Shown one piece after another: positions 49,540 to 62,900 of a stretch of DNA of 64,000 nt. Under the pieces are notes generated by a model. That model saw only the letters and a list, made by a program, of their open reading frames with translations. It was not told the origin of the DNA and did no database searches. Position 1 is the first letter of the stretch, and each line of letters starts with the position of its first letter. Made by a program: the position numbers and the translations under genes. Source of the stretch: Bilabrum cf. latius (lineage: Eukaryota); contig OZ237736.1 of the NCBI GenBank assembly GCA_965178125.1, positions 1,240,001 through 1,304,000 of the forward strand, written 5' to 3'.

Positions 49540-51409
49540 ATGGAGGATGAGAGCCAGCCCCTCGTAGTGAGTTTCTATTAGTTTACTTTTGGATCAGCTG
49601 TTCAGATGACCTGAAGATCCTGGGTTTCGGCTGCAGGTGGCTTCGATGCCTTCCGCGCTCGTGCTGACTGCTCAGGCATGCATCCCATAACATGGGCGAT
49701 TGCTCGACTTGTCTGGCCTCATAATGGCATTGCATGGTTATTGTGTTACTGTTCGTGCGTGCGGCTGGCTTGATGCCGATCGCACTGAGCCTTACGGCGC
49801 ACTGCTGGACCGATCTTGCAGCATTTCGCGGGGCCAGCCAGCCACACGTGTGCTTGTCGCGCCCCTGTGGGCCATGCCTGGCGGTCTGTGCGGGACATGA
49901 AGCCAGGTATTGAGTGTCTCATAATCACGGTTACACATTGTGTTGTGATAGGTTCGCTTGCTAGCCACATCGACGTGAAACGTGTCGACATGAGGTGTGT
50001 TGTACTTGCCGTGACAGCTGTCTGCCCCCTCTCGGCTCTCTGGTGTCGAGTTGGTCTGTTCCTTTGTCGTCCTTGAATACAATGCATCAGTACTTTATTT
50101 TTGTTGCCTTGGAATCACGGTATGTGCCTTTGGGTGCTCCATATCGGCAAGAGTCAGGGGGCCAAGGAGCTTGATCGTGGCGCCCAACACTCGTCCTCTT
50201 GGAGTTCGAGTGTGATAAGTGCTCATCGTGGTTTTTCACGCATTTGCCTGTGGAGCTTGCCAATATATACTTTTGATTGCTATTCAATCTAACTATTTAA
50301 TCTCTCAGGTAGACAACGGTTCCGGTATGGTGAAGGCCGGTTTCTCCGGTGACGACGCCCCCCGGGCTGTCTTCCCCTCTATCGTGGGTCGCCCCAAGCA
50401 CCCCGGTATCATGGTAGGCATGGACCAGAAGGAGTCCTACGTGGGCGACGAGGCCCAGGCCAAGCGCGGTGTGCTGTCGCTCAAGTACCCCATCGAGCAC
50501 GGCATCGTGACCTCTTGGGAGGACATGGAGAAGATCTGGCACCACACCTTCTACAACGAGCTGCGCGTGAACCCCGAGGAGCACGCCGTGCTGCTGACCG
50601 AGGCCCCCCTCAACCCCAAGAACAACAGGGAGAAGATGACCCAGATCATGTTCGAGACCTTCAACGTGCCCGCCATGTACATCAACATCCAGGCCGTGCT
50701 GTCCCTGTACGCCTCCGGCCGCACGACCGGTGCCGTGCTCGACTCTGGTGACGGTGTGTCCCATACCGTGCCCATCTACGAGGGATACGCCCTGCCCCAC
50801 GCCATCAAGCGTATCGATCTCGCCGGCCGGGACCTGACCGACTACCTGATGAAGATCCTGACCGAGCGCGGGCACTCGTTCACCACGACCGCCGAGCGCG
50901 AGATCGTGCGCGACATCAAGGAGAAGCTCACCTACGTGGCCGAGGACTTCGAGGCCGAGATGAGCAAGGCCGAGACTTCGTCTGAGCTCGAGAAGCAGTA
51001 CGAGCTTCCCGACGGCAACACGATCTCCATCTCTTCGGAGCGCTTCAGGTGCCCCGAGACCCTCTTCAAGCCCAGCCAGATCGGCCTCGAGGCGGAGGGC
51101 ATCCACAAGACCCTGTTCGACACCATCATGAAGTGCGACGTGGACATCAGGTCCGACCTGTACCAGAACATCGTGCTGTCCGGCGGCACCACCATGTTCC
51201 CCAACATTGACAAGCGCCTGACCAAGGAGGTGAGCGCCCTTGCCCCCCCGACCATGAAGGTCAAGGTTGTGGCTCCCCCGGAGCGCAAGTACTCGGTGTG
51301 GATCGGCGGATCCATCCTGTCCTCGCTGTCCACCTTCCAGAGCATGTGGATCTCCAAGGACGAGTACGACGAGAGCGGGCCCTCGATCGTGCACCGCAAG
51401 TGCTTCTGA
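49540..51409 (+). CDS. ACT1: Actin
   Basis: Exon 1 MEDESQPLV (49540-49566), intron 49567-50308, then [12 protein letters not shown]...[12 protein letters not shown]. No TAG codons. Confidence 0.99.
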
Positions 51410-51975
51410 GTGTGAGCGATGCGGCACGTGGCCAAGGGAGGTGCAGCCGGGTATCTCGTTGTCGAGAGCCGGCTGATGCAGGGATTTGGTGTCTTGCACG
51501 CGAGTCGTGACACTGATTTGAGACTAATGGTTGGGGCGGGGTTGTGGTCGAGAGTTTCCGGCGCTTCGTGAGGCTGCTCCGCCTGCGTGCTCGTGTTCCA
51601 CTTGATTGGCTGCTTCCATCCTACCGAGGTCGAGGCCTCCCCCTCCTTGGAGGGCGAGTGTCTTATGCTCGGCGGGACGATGCAGTCGGGACATGTGCAC
51701 CCAGGTGTCGTGCGGGTACGGTCAAAAGGACCCAGGTTGTCTGACTTTTTAGTCCTTCGACCCGGGTACCAGGCCCTGCCTCGTGCTTGAGCGCCCGAGG
51801 CGCGTAAACGGTGCTCTGCCTTCCCCCCCGTAGTTGCAGTTGTCTTTGAGAAGCAAACGATTTGCCGTGCTGAATTCTTTCCAAATCCGTCAAACGACTA
51901 GACTATCACGCGGTTGCGGTTGCCTTACCTGCTTGAACGAAGCAGGAGAGACGTCCATGCACCAGTACTTGCATC

Positions 51976-52077
51976 TGACTGGGAGGTGCAGGAAGCATGG
52001 AAGATGTAGGGGGCAAGGTGCAAATCCCCGCGGACATGCCGGATGAAATGCTTCGAATGGCCATCGAAACGAGCCGC
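51976..52077 (+). pseudogene. Degenerate inverted fragment of the dynein light chain 5' half
   Basis: Encodes GKVQIPADMPDEMLRMAIETSR, matching the reverse complement of ~49236-49342, with indels and no intact start. Confidence 0.85.
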
Positions 52078-52139
52078 TGGACAGGTGCATTGCAAAGGTG
52101 GTGGAGGCAGACGGAAATCGCGCAGCCTTGTGTGTGGGA

Positions 52140-53991
52140 TCAACTGAGCATGCTCCCAAACATGGAGCCAATTCCGCCCATGGCCCCGCCACCCATCCCC
52201 ATCCCCATGCCCATCCCCATGCCCATGCCCATGCCCATGCCTCCGTCCATCGCATCCTGCTCGTCCATCATGTCCTCCTCCCCTCCGTCCATGCCATGCG
52301 GCAGCCGCCTGCCCCTTCCAGTGGGCGCCTCCACTGCGAAGCCATGCACCTCGCAGGAGGCTCGCACCAGCACCGCGCGCAGGTGCTTCAGCGTCTCATC
52401 GGCAGCCGACTCGGCCTCCTCATAGGTGCTCGCTCGCTGGTCGGCAACCGTCGCCTTAAGCGTCTTGGTGTGAGCATCAATCCTGGCCGCGAGCCTCCGG
52501 TTCCCAATCAGCTGCACGCAAGCGTCCTCCAGCACGTCGGCGCTGACCCCGAACAGGTCGGCCATCTTGGATAGGTCGACCGTGCTGTACGGCTCAAAGT
52601 ACGTCACCACGGCCCGCTGCAGGATCATCTGCTGCAGCTGCGCGTGGTTCGGGCCCAGGAACTCGTCCAGCCGGATGCGGACCTGCGCGCAACACAGAGA
52701 GAGAGAGAGAAGCGGCCAAGCAAACACAAGTGCAAGCTCAGGAGGCTATGAAGGTGCAAGGAAGCGCCACCATGGGCCCGTGGGCCCGTGAACCGATCGA
52801 TCAGAGAGTAGTAGGTACTGTATCGCACCGCGATGCTCGCACGTCGCAAACCATACCCGGCACAGCCAAACCAATCCGTTCAAAGTTGTCTCACTTCCAC
52901 ATCCTTGAGCGTGTCAAGGCAGTCCTTGAACCGGCACTGATAGAACGCCTCCGCGGCCGACATGAGCTGCGGAACGGGGCCGCAGAGGGCGCGTAGCTCC
53001 TCATTCTTGAGAACACGCGCGTGCAGCTGCCGCCTCGGCATGGTCGCCAGGGAACAAAGCACGGCGGCCGCCGCCACGTCGTTGCTGCTCGTGACCGCCC
53101 CGATGTCGGTGCTGAGCCCAGTGGTCACGCGGACCAGGTGATCGGCTGCCTTGTCCAGACGACCCTCCCTCACGAGCATCATGCCCATGATTGCATCCGC
53201 AGTGGCTCGCTCGTCACTGTCTGCGTCGGACTTGCCGCTGGTGATGGCTTCCAGGTTGTCCCGCACGTCGGCGGAGCTCGAGCCATTCATCAGCACCAGG
53301 GTGAGCGCCCGCTTGATGGCGTTGTCGCGAGCGACCTTTCCGTGAGAGTAGTCCGCTGCGCGCATGTACGACGAGTACGCCATGGGCAGCTGCCCAACCT
53401 CGGTGTGGAACTCGGCGTACTCAGTGTGCGCTCGCTGCGAAATCAGGCAGGTGGCAAGACAAATCACGCAAATTAGGCAAGATCCGATCAAATATCTCTG
53501 GCGAGTCCGAATCGGTGGACTGGTGGTGACGGAGATCGCCATTCTGCCAGCTCTGCATGGGCAACTACGCTCGTTCGACACAGATGACCACTCACACGCG
53601 AGCTCTCCTGCAGATTGCCCTGCAATGTCGTGCTCAGTTCCCTCTCAAGCCCAGCTTCTCTTTGTTTTCTTTCTTCGTTGCGGCTCTTGACCCATGATTC
53701 GTCTATTGCGTCGTAGGGGGCCGGCAAATCAGCGCCTTGCTCGATCGCAGCCTTGATCACAAATTCGTACGCAGCAGTATCCCAGCCCTCCTTGGCCTGC
53801 TTCGCAGCTTCCAGGAGAGCTTCTTTCTTAATATCGGAAAACTAGCTGGCCGCCCGAATGCATCGCCGCAGCCGCATCTGGCCCGAGTAGGGCTTCAAGT
53901 ATTCCTAAAACTTCGACAAAACAGATCCGCTGTCCGCTACGCTGGGTGCAGCTTCAGCAGCGCCGCCTGCCGCGGCTCCAGATGCCGCCAT
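52140..53991 (-). CDS. CSN1: COP9 signalosome subunit 1 (CSN1/GPS1)-like PCI protein
   Basis: YSGQMRLRRC, DESWVKS..LEREL..NLQESSR, GQLPMAYSSYMRAADY, DVAAAAVLCSLATMPRRQL, YFEPYSTVDLSKMA..RLAARID. Introns 53435-53595 and 52683-52894; two TAGs in the first ~50 codons; TGA stop. Confidence 0.83.
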
Positions 53992-54149
53992 ACTTTAATT
54001 TAACACTGCTTAGTCTAGCGGAGTGATTAAGGTTCTCCAAACGCCACAAGCCAATGGTACGAGTTGCATTCTCGGTCGTAGCTTGTTTATAGCGTGTACC
54101 TTTCTGCTTCAGCTCCGTTCGGTTTGTGCAATAACACTGTGCGTCTGAG

Positions 54150-56859
54150 ATGGATGGTACCAGGGACAAGAGCAACGGTGGTGCCCTTTTTCATCTGGCA
54201 GATGAACTGCTCCCTCAGTTTGCAGCGCCATGCGAGGCTGTGTGCTCACTGGACAATGGCTCGATTGTGACGGGCGACGATACTGGTACTGCTTCATTGC
54301 ACAACTTGACCGAGGATGGGGTGAGCTCATTTCGGTATTCTCCTGGTTTTATGTATTGTTTTGCTGTTGCAACTAGTGTAAGAGCCGAACAGCGTTGACT
54401 GTGACACTCTTCGCTACCTAAATTGAAACGCAGCGATATCGATGCGCGCTCGAACTGGCGCACGCCGGGAAGGCGGTGCGCAGCGTGTGCAAATTGCCTG
54501 GTGGTGGGTTTGCATGCGGATCATTGGATGGCTGCGTCCGGGTACACGCGGCTGATGGTACCTTGCAGCACACCCTGGTTGGACATAGCGGTGGTGTGAT
54601 TTCGATGTCTGTTTCCGATGCTGGCTAGCTTGTGACAGGCTCCTGGGACGGCACGTTTAGGATTTGGAACCTGGAAACTGGGGAGGTGGCAGCGAAATCA
54701 AAGGAGCTGGAAAATGCAATTAGCGTAGCCTGCCTCCCTGGCGGTCTGATTGCGAGCGGCTCCACAGGCCGGAAAGCGAACAACAGGCACGTGGACTACC
54801 ACGTCAGGTTGCACAGCGCAGACTGCAAAGAGCTCAGTAAGTGCCAGGGACATTCGCAAGCCGTCCGTGGCGTGGTGAGCATGGGTGAGGACGGCAGGTT
54901 CGCCACGGTGTCCAACGACGGCTCGCTCATCGTGTGGGCCCCAGACGGCAAGGTCCTGGATCGCTGGTCGGGGGGGGCTGCGAGCGGAGCCGGGGGAGAC
55001 GCGCCCTTCTTATTCAGCGTGGCCTTTCATCCTGGTGCCGCAGCTAGCCCGACCAGCAGCAGCAGCAGCAGCAGTGCAGCCGCCGCCTCAGCCACAGCGG
55101 CTGGGTCCTCTGCCTCTGGCGGGAACGTGCCTCTGCTTCTCATTGGGTCTGATGACGGCACCGTCAAAATCTTCAAGGCAGACAACGTGTCTTCCGGACC
55201 AGTGCAGGAGCTGCCGGTCCCTGGCACTCCCTGGAGCATCGACACGATGCCTAGCGGGGACGTGGTCGTAGGCTGCATGCAAGCTGGGACCTCAAACAAA
55301 GGACACGCATACATTTTCTCGCAGGACCCGGCCCGCATAGCGAGCGGCGCTGTGTCGGCCCAGTTCACCCAGGACTGCGTGCCTCCGAAGAAGAGCGTGT
55401 CACAGGCAGCAGGGAGGGGAGAGGCAGCCGCAATGCCGCAGGCCAAAGGAGACTACTCAATCCGCGACAAGCTGCCGGGGGACAAGGACGGGGCATACGG
55501 CTTCTTCTCCATGCCCGATGGCCAGCTGATGGCGTGCCTCTGGAGCGCGGAGGACGGCAAGTGGGTGGATCTCGGGGTCGTGTCTGGGTAGGCTGGTGCT
55601 GAGGACGGGGCTGCGGCTGGGGCCACTGGCGGCGCTGGCGGGAGCGGCGCATCGGGGTACGAATTCGAGCGGATGGTCACTATGGATACCGAGGAGGGGG
55701 GCACTGCCACCCTCCAGCTGAATTTTAATGGCGATGGTGAGTCCGCAGCAGCGGCTGCAGCGCTGTTTAACTTGCATGTTCCTGTGGCCCAGCGTGCCAA
55801 TGGTCGTTTGCCTACGGTGCAGCCCTTCCTGGCTTTCGTATGTATCCCCTTGCATCGCGCGCAGAAGACCCTCAGGCGATCACCCAGCGGTTCATTTCGA
55901 AACACGGCCTCAACATTGATCACTTCGAGGCCATCAGGGACTACGTGCTGCAAGAGCGAAGGAACGAGGGCCTGCCCGAATGGGGCACAGCGGCTGGTAG
56001 TGGTGCCGCTAGCAAGAAGCAGGCCAGATTCCGGCACTTTCCTCCCCTCGGCTACGTAGAGTTGTCTCCAATCAAGTTCGATCCCCTCCTTGCCGCCTTG
56101 ACGAAGCAGAACGAGGCGCTGCAAGGCGGCGAGCACGAAGGTGTGTCCATGTCGACAGAGGAGCTGGGCTCCTTTACGAAGATGATTGACGCGCTCAAGG
56201 AGGAAGCTAGGTACCACGCTACGAAAATTGAGGAGGATCAAGCCAGACTCATCCGACTGAAGCTGCTCCTGTGGCCCGTGCAGCAGGCCGCTCCGGTCAC
56301 CGATCTCCTGCGCAAGATGGCCACCCATGTGCACGCTGCAGAAAGCGTGCTGCCGGACTGCTCGGACGACCTCGTGCAGTTCTGCGAACGGAATGCGAAG
56401 GCATGGTCATCTGGGGAAGCAAAGCCTGCGCTGGCCATTCTGACCTACCGCCTCCTTGCCAACTTGACAAAGCCCCGGTCCACCCGCTAGATCGCCATGC
56501 GTGCGCTTCCGCAAGCCGTCGAGGCGCTGCCATCCGTGGTTGGCGATGATCGCGTGGCAGGAGCATGCACCGCCTTTCTACAGAATGCTGCGTTCTACGT
56601 GCTTTCCATGGATAGAGAGGGATCCGGGGACGCCGGACTAGTCGGAAACGATGTGGCGCGGGCCTGCACTGCCATCCTGGAGGGATCGAGCAAGGACGCC
56701 GTTGCTCTTGCGGCTGGTGCAGCGGTAGGTACTCTGGCGTGCTGTAGGCGCGCGAAGATAGACCTGGCGCTTGCGTTGGAGGCACTCAAGGCTGCTGGGT
56801 CTCGATTCGGGGGCAAGGTCAAGGAGTGCGCAGACGACGCAGCAGACGCACAGTCATGA
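54150..56859 (+). CDS. PLAA: PLAA/Doa1/Ufd3-like (WD40 + PFU + PUL) ubiquitin/Cdc48 adaptor
   Basis: WD40s (LVGHSGGVISM, VTGSWDGTFRIW, GHSQAVRG, FATVSNDGSLIVW), W..LGVVSG, PFU-like LNFNGDEDPQAITQRFISKHGL..FEAIRDYV, FRHFP, PUL helices. Introns ~54321-54433 and ~55737-55864; TAGs at 54626, 55589 and 56488; TGA stop. Confidence 0.85.
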
Positions 56860-56984
56860 GGTGCAGTGACGTGCGTGCACCAGTGTGAATGAGAATGGAA
56901 TGTTGATGAGGGCCAAATGTAAATTATATATCGAAGTCTCGAGCCTTATCTCACGTAGTCCAGATCAACGTACTGTGACGCGCC

Positions 56985-59900
56985 TTACTGCAACGCGCCG
57001 ACAGGGTCCAGTGCGTACGAGCGGTCCAGCAGGTGCAGCATCACACCTTTGGCGCACTTGACATTCCGCTGCAGCACCAACGCTGGAAGACTGCCACCAA
57101 TCACATGGGCCGAACTCGACTTGCTCCTCGTCCCGGAGTTGCCAAGTTTGAAGCGCACCATCCGCCTGGCTTCCGCCCGTGAGGCTGCTGCGGTCGATTG
57201 CGGCTTCTGATCGGATGCCGTGCTGGGGAATCCATTGATCGTTGCAAAGAAATCTAGCTGCATCTTCATTCTACTAGACTGCTTGGCGAGAGGGCTGGCC
57301 ATCAGGGCGGCGTGGCGCTGCCCCTGCGCGAGGGACCTCCGCATGGAGCCAATGGCGAGAGACTTTCGCGAGTCGGCCAGCTTCGATTCGTCTGGGTCTT
57401 CGACCACCCTCGGATTGAGAAGGGGGCTGTTAGGGCCACCACCACCGATAAGACTGGCGCGCACCTCCATTCTTCCGCCCGCACCTGACCCGGCAGTCAC
57501 GCGAACCGCGACGCCTCGCTGCAACGCAGGCACGCCACCCCCTCCCCGCCATACCATGAGATCCTCAATCGCGTAGCACCCCTGAATCACGTGCTACTGC
57601 AGCACCCTAAGGTCAGGAGATTTCTCCGAGGACAGCAGTGAGGTACCAAGCAAGCTTGAGCTGCGCAAAACTACAGTTGCCGACAGGCCTGTTTCGTACA
57701 ACGCCGAGTGCTTTTGTTCTGCAGCAATGGCTCGATCAGAGCCTCTCGCTTGCCACTCTGACTTAACGCCTGTGGTGCGTCTCTCACCAGTACTTGGCAG
57801 AGACTCTCTTGCTCCGCGCACCGGCACGGGCAAGGGTAACGGCTCGAGCGATTTCCTGGAAAGATTCCGGGCCATGCTGTGAACTGAGCCGTACCCAATA
57901 CCAGACTGGCCCGTGGGAGACGCATCGCTGGATCCTGCACTGTGCATCTGAGATGGCCCCGAGGACGCAACTGTGCCCGCTCCTCGCCTACCAGCCAGCT
58001 GGCTGTCCGATGCCTGCTGGCTGTCGTACGGGACATGCGGGTGGTTCCATGAGCCGTGTTCGAGGGCACGACTGCCGGGCCCAGACACTGGTCTAGACTC
58101 GTTGCTCCCATCAGATCGAGCGACTGAAGCCGGCTCGCTGGCTTCGATGATGAGCTCATTGAGTGATCTTCGACGGCGCCGAGTGAGGGGGCCCCCGCCT
58201 ACCGAGCTCGCGCCTCCGTACTGGCTGTAGGCTACAACGCTGAGCGGGGGTACTCGAATGCCTTGCATACTGTTGCTGTTTGATCTATGGGAGCCAATGG
58301 AGGTGGGGCTGTACCTGTTCTCTTTCTGTCGGCGCTCTGACTCGCTTGCGGACTGTTCGTCAGGCCGATCGCTGGCTCCCACCGAACTGGACTCGAAGGC
58401 ATCGAAATGGTGAGAGCTGGCCGACTGCTAGCTTGGTGAGAATGGCTCGATGCGAGAACGTCTGCGGGCACCGAGCGTCAGAACCGGCTGGCTCTAGTTG
58501 CTCATCTTGACTGACGCAGAGCCGGACACATGCACGTTCGAATGGTCGGCTCGGTCAGCGCCACCAAGACTGGCCGCCTTGAATCGCACGGCTGTTTCAG
58601 TGCGCGAGGAAGTCTTGGTCCTACCGGGTGTTCCAAATGTGTCGGTGTCAACACGCTCCGAGTGGATGGACTCCCGCCGCTAGTCGAGAGGATCGCGGTT
58701 GTCCGGCTGGGCGTTGACTGCATGACCAGCACCGGAATCGCCGCCTTCTGCGATTCCCACAGCCTCCGGCGAGTGCGAAACCGTGATGCGATCTGGCTGG
58801 CTGGCGTTGCTACGCTTCGAATACCGTGACCTCAACGCAACCGAGTCATCTCTGGAAGACTGTTTGCTATCACCCCCTATAGCGGCAAGCACGGAGTCAG
58901 TCGGGCCATCAGACTATGGACCCACAGCAGCCGCCATTGAATCGGGCTCAAGGCGTTCCTCGTCCACTCCCACCCTTGCCGGGTGGCTGGCTTGTACAAG
59001 GACTGCTGACAGGTCCAGGGCAGGGACAGCTGCAGGTCGACTGGCGTGAGGCTTCTATTCGGGTGACGGATCAACAGCACGGTCTGCGACAGCAGCGAGG
59101 GCATGTGGCTCCGCATTAGTCCTTGGCTGCTCTAATCCAGCACTGGAAAGGGACCGAGCCCGCAATGACCGGTTCTCGCTGCTCGCCAGCACGCCAGCTG
59201 CGCCCTCCACGACCCACGTGAGTACCCCATGGTGGGATTGCCTCTCGTCTCTCGGGCTGTACGGCACTTCCAAGGCATCGTGGATGGTCCAATCGGTAGC
59301 CTCTGCAAACATATCTCCCTTTGGCGCAACCATTGTGCGTCGATCCTCCATGCCGTCTGTCATTGCTTCGGGCCCTTCTTCCAGAGGTGCAGGCCTGGCC
59401 GGACTCAGCAATTCATGTTGGCTGTCGTCGACCAGTCCGAGCTCATCAGTGGGACCATGCGCGAGCAGTGCAACGGCTCTTGCTCGGCGCTTTGCTTGCC
59501 TCAGCCGATCAAGCTCCTTGGCATGCTCGTACTCCTCCTGTCCCTCCCTCACGGTGCCAAAGTCGGCGTCATGCGTGCCCGCTTCCTGCTCCAGCAACAA
59601 GGTGTCAACAAGAGGGTCTAACTGAGAGATAGGGGACCCTGCCTCGCCAGGCTGGTGTAACCCATCACCAGATACGTGTCGTCTTTCATCCTCCACGTCG
59701 ATCTCTGCCAGCTAGTGCTCTATCTCTAGCATCTTGGATGATGCCAGCTAGGCGGCCTCGCGCGCACGGGCAATGATGATTGCAGCTCGACTCAAGTCAG
59801 CTTCAAGAACAACCTCTTCGTGCTGCACAATGCTGTCATCTTGAGCCTTGCTCTGTTGTGCACGCAATCCATCCTATTGACCGAAATGTTGTTGAGAACC

Positions 59901-62900
59901 AGCACTCTGCTCCGTATCGCTGAAGTGCACCTGCTGCCGGCTCCTTCTTCCGTCTGGGCCTTGCTTCTCTTCGGGGTCGCTACCAATCCGCAGGCTGGAC
60001 TTAGTCGCAGGGCTTTGAACTCTAGATAATGGGCTAGAGTCGTATCTACCTGCTGGGGACAAGGCAGAGCTCGGCGCGCTCCCAGACGGAGATGCCTTGT
60101 GCTAATCGCCTTGCTCGGACGACATGGCTGGTTTGACCGGCTCGGTCAGAGAGGCTGCAAATGAAATGCCAGGGTAGTCAGCATGGAATGCTGGGTGCAA
60201 CACCTAGGCTTCTACAGCAAGGCCCAGCTGCATGCGAGCTAGAATTGGACTAAGCTCCATCCAGACCCGAATCGAAGCACCTAGCTTCGCCCTGAAGGTC
60301 AGCTTCATATCACCACCAGCCTTACATCTCCGGAGGGCCGCTTTCATGGCAGAGCCTGCGTGCCAAGCAGCGCGATCCGACGGCAGGGCTGATCCCCCGA
60401 GCTACAGCGCTCCGCACTCGAGATCAAGCGACTGCACCAGTGACCGCAAGCGACCGAATCTCCTTTGAGCCGCTGCTGGCATTGTCGACTCGATTGACAG
60501 TTTTTCGGCCACACTGTGGAGCTACGATGCTATCAGGGGCTACGGAAGAGATTCCTTGCTCTCGGTCGCATCCCCCGGGTCAGACCGCTCGGCCACGAGA
60601 TGGGGCGAGGTCGAAATGGCGGCAGCCGTGCTCGCGCTCCCGTTCAGACTATCACGTCCACTGCCCACGCCATCACACTACTGCACGTGGTCATCCTTGT
60701 AATCTTCGCTGGCACGCGCGCTCTTGGCAATAGATGGCACTGGGGCGCTAGCGTCGACCGCTTCCCTGCGGCTCACTTCGTAGACTGCCGAAGCCTACTT
60801 GTCTGAGGCATCTACGCCACGCTTCGCAAACTCTGACCGCTAACCCCCCGCATTCGTGGTATTGAATCCCATGAATGAGAAAGTATCATCTTGAAGCCAA
60901 TCTTCGTCTGGGATATTCGGCACGGCTCGGGCGCCTCTCGACCGCGGGGTGGCTCCAGCTGCTTCATGCTGCTCGGAATCACTCGGGGCAGCCCAATTAG
61001 TGCTAGCCTCACTCCCTGCTATTGCACCGTGCAGGCTTGCCTGATCGTCTACATTGCTTGCTGCGCATTCAATACCCCTTCTTGGGTGCGTTTGCTGCTC
61101 AGTGAGGTCAATCACGTCCTCGTTGGTGGAGTCATGCGGATGCTCCGTCTCGGACTCACCGGTGTCCGCCTCGGAGCCCCTCGACCGCAGGGTGGCGGAT
61201 GCTCCTCCAGAGTCAAGTCGACCAGAATCAGATCCGTTTTGGTCAGTTGAGCGAAACGACGCCTTGATGGGAGGCGATTTCTCGCGTTGATCCGATTCGG
61301 CGGAAACAGAAACAACCGGAGAACCCGTGTCGGACACCGAGCACGCCCCGTCGCTTGCGTCTTTGCTGCTGCCACCAGATGCAAAGGCGGCATTTAGGGT
61401 ACCTTCAGCCGCCTTGCCTTCCTCAATATAGAGCTAATCGCCGGTCTGTTGCTGCCTAATCTTCGTTCGGCCGAGAACAGTCCGCGCACCGCCGCTTATC
61501 TTGACTTGCCCCCAAAAAAGGTCGTCCTGGAACAAGTCATCAGAAACTACGAATACGGTGCAGTTTGAAAGTGCCGTACAAGATGTCTTCAGCACATTGG
61601 CAAATTGCTTTGCGCCAAGAATGTGCTCAATCGCCCATAGAGCATCCGGCAGCCCGCCTGACGACGCTGAGCTAGTAGGCCTTGGAGGCTTGCCCAAGCC
61701 TCCGATGCGCCGAAGTTGGCGCCTCGTGTCGGCGAGTTCGTGCGGCACCAGCACACCGCTTCGTAAAGACTACCGCAGAGAATACGCAGCATGGTGCTTG
61801 GATATAACGTGCCGTGCTGCGTTGCACATCTTCATCGCGCGATCCGAGAGCTCCAGGCACATACCCACTGCCTCATCCTTGGAAGCAGCAGCGTCCACGT
61901 GTTCCAGCACTGCGTCGTATTCTCCCTGCCCAATGCCCAGGATGCTTTCCGGTGTCTATACCTGGACATTGGCTGCTCCTGCAGTGGCGGCCTCAAGGGC
62001 CAGCCTGGCTTCCTGCAGCTTGCGCAGGGCGTCCTCTGGGACGAGATCGCCGGCCCGTTCGATGGTGGCCGCTGCGTCGTCGAATCTAGTTACCAGGAAC
62101 TCCTCGGGAAAAATCTCGTCCAGCACTGTATTCGTAGACCCTGGATCGTCGTCATCCTCAGACTAGCTGTCCTCATCACCGTTGTTTCCGTTCTGCCGCA
62201 GAGACACGACTGCCGCGGCAATCATACGCTGTAGGGAAGGCACCTGCGTCGAGCCGTCATACTTAACCCCCAGCGCAATGGCTTCGTCGACACTGCGTTC
62301 CACGCCTGCCTGCTTGATAACTCTTGAACCTCGCCTCTTCACCTCTAGCAGGCACGCAAGTTCGGCTGCGAGGAGTGCAACCGCCTGTGGCTTGCTCACG
62401 GCGAGAGACACGAGCCGACGGGCCGTCGGGCCGCCGAACTGCATCATGTCTTTGTACGAGTCTGCGGCAATCGACTCGGCCGTGATCTTTGTGGCTGTGG
62501 ATCGATCGCTCTGGCTGCTGCCACCGTCGCTTGGGGCCTGAAGGACACCCGCCGACACGATCTCACGGAGGGCGGCATCGCCACTCGGGAGCCCCATCGA
62601 GATGAGCGTGTCGAACGCGGCGTGAGCATCCGACAGCGACCGCCGCAATTTGTTTCGCTGTGCTTTGAGGCGCGTACGAGACATCCAGGCCTCATGGGAG
62701 CCGGATAGTTTCTCCATGCGCGCCAATGCCCTCGCCCTGATCCGTTCCTTCCGCCTGCCCTCTGATGCATCGGCGTAGAAATGCCCGGTCGTGTCAAACT
62801 CAACCTGGGCAGGAAACACGATGGTTCCAACAACTTCCCGCACAAAGTCTTCTTCGAGTTTTTGCATCATGCGGCGTGCCTATCGTCCAGCAGCAGCAAT

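Noticed and set aside
50219-50308. ORF-track N-terminal extensions of actin (also ThrRS 2094-2154 and gamma-tubulin 40275-40373)
   Set aside because: These are intron sequence read in frame; canonical upstream exons with GT-AG boundaries give the proper N-termini.
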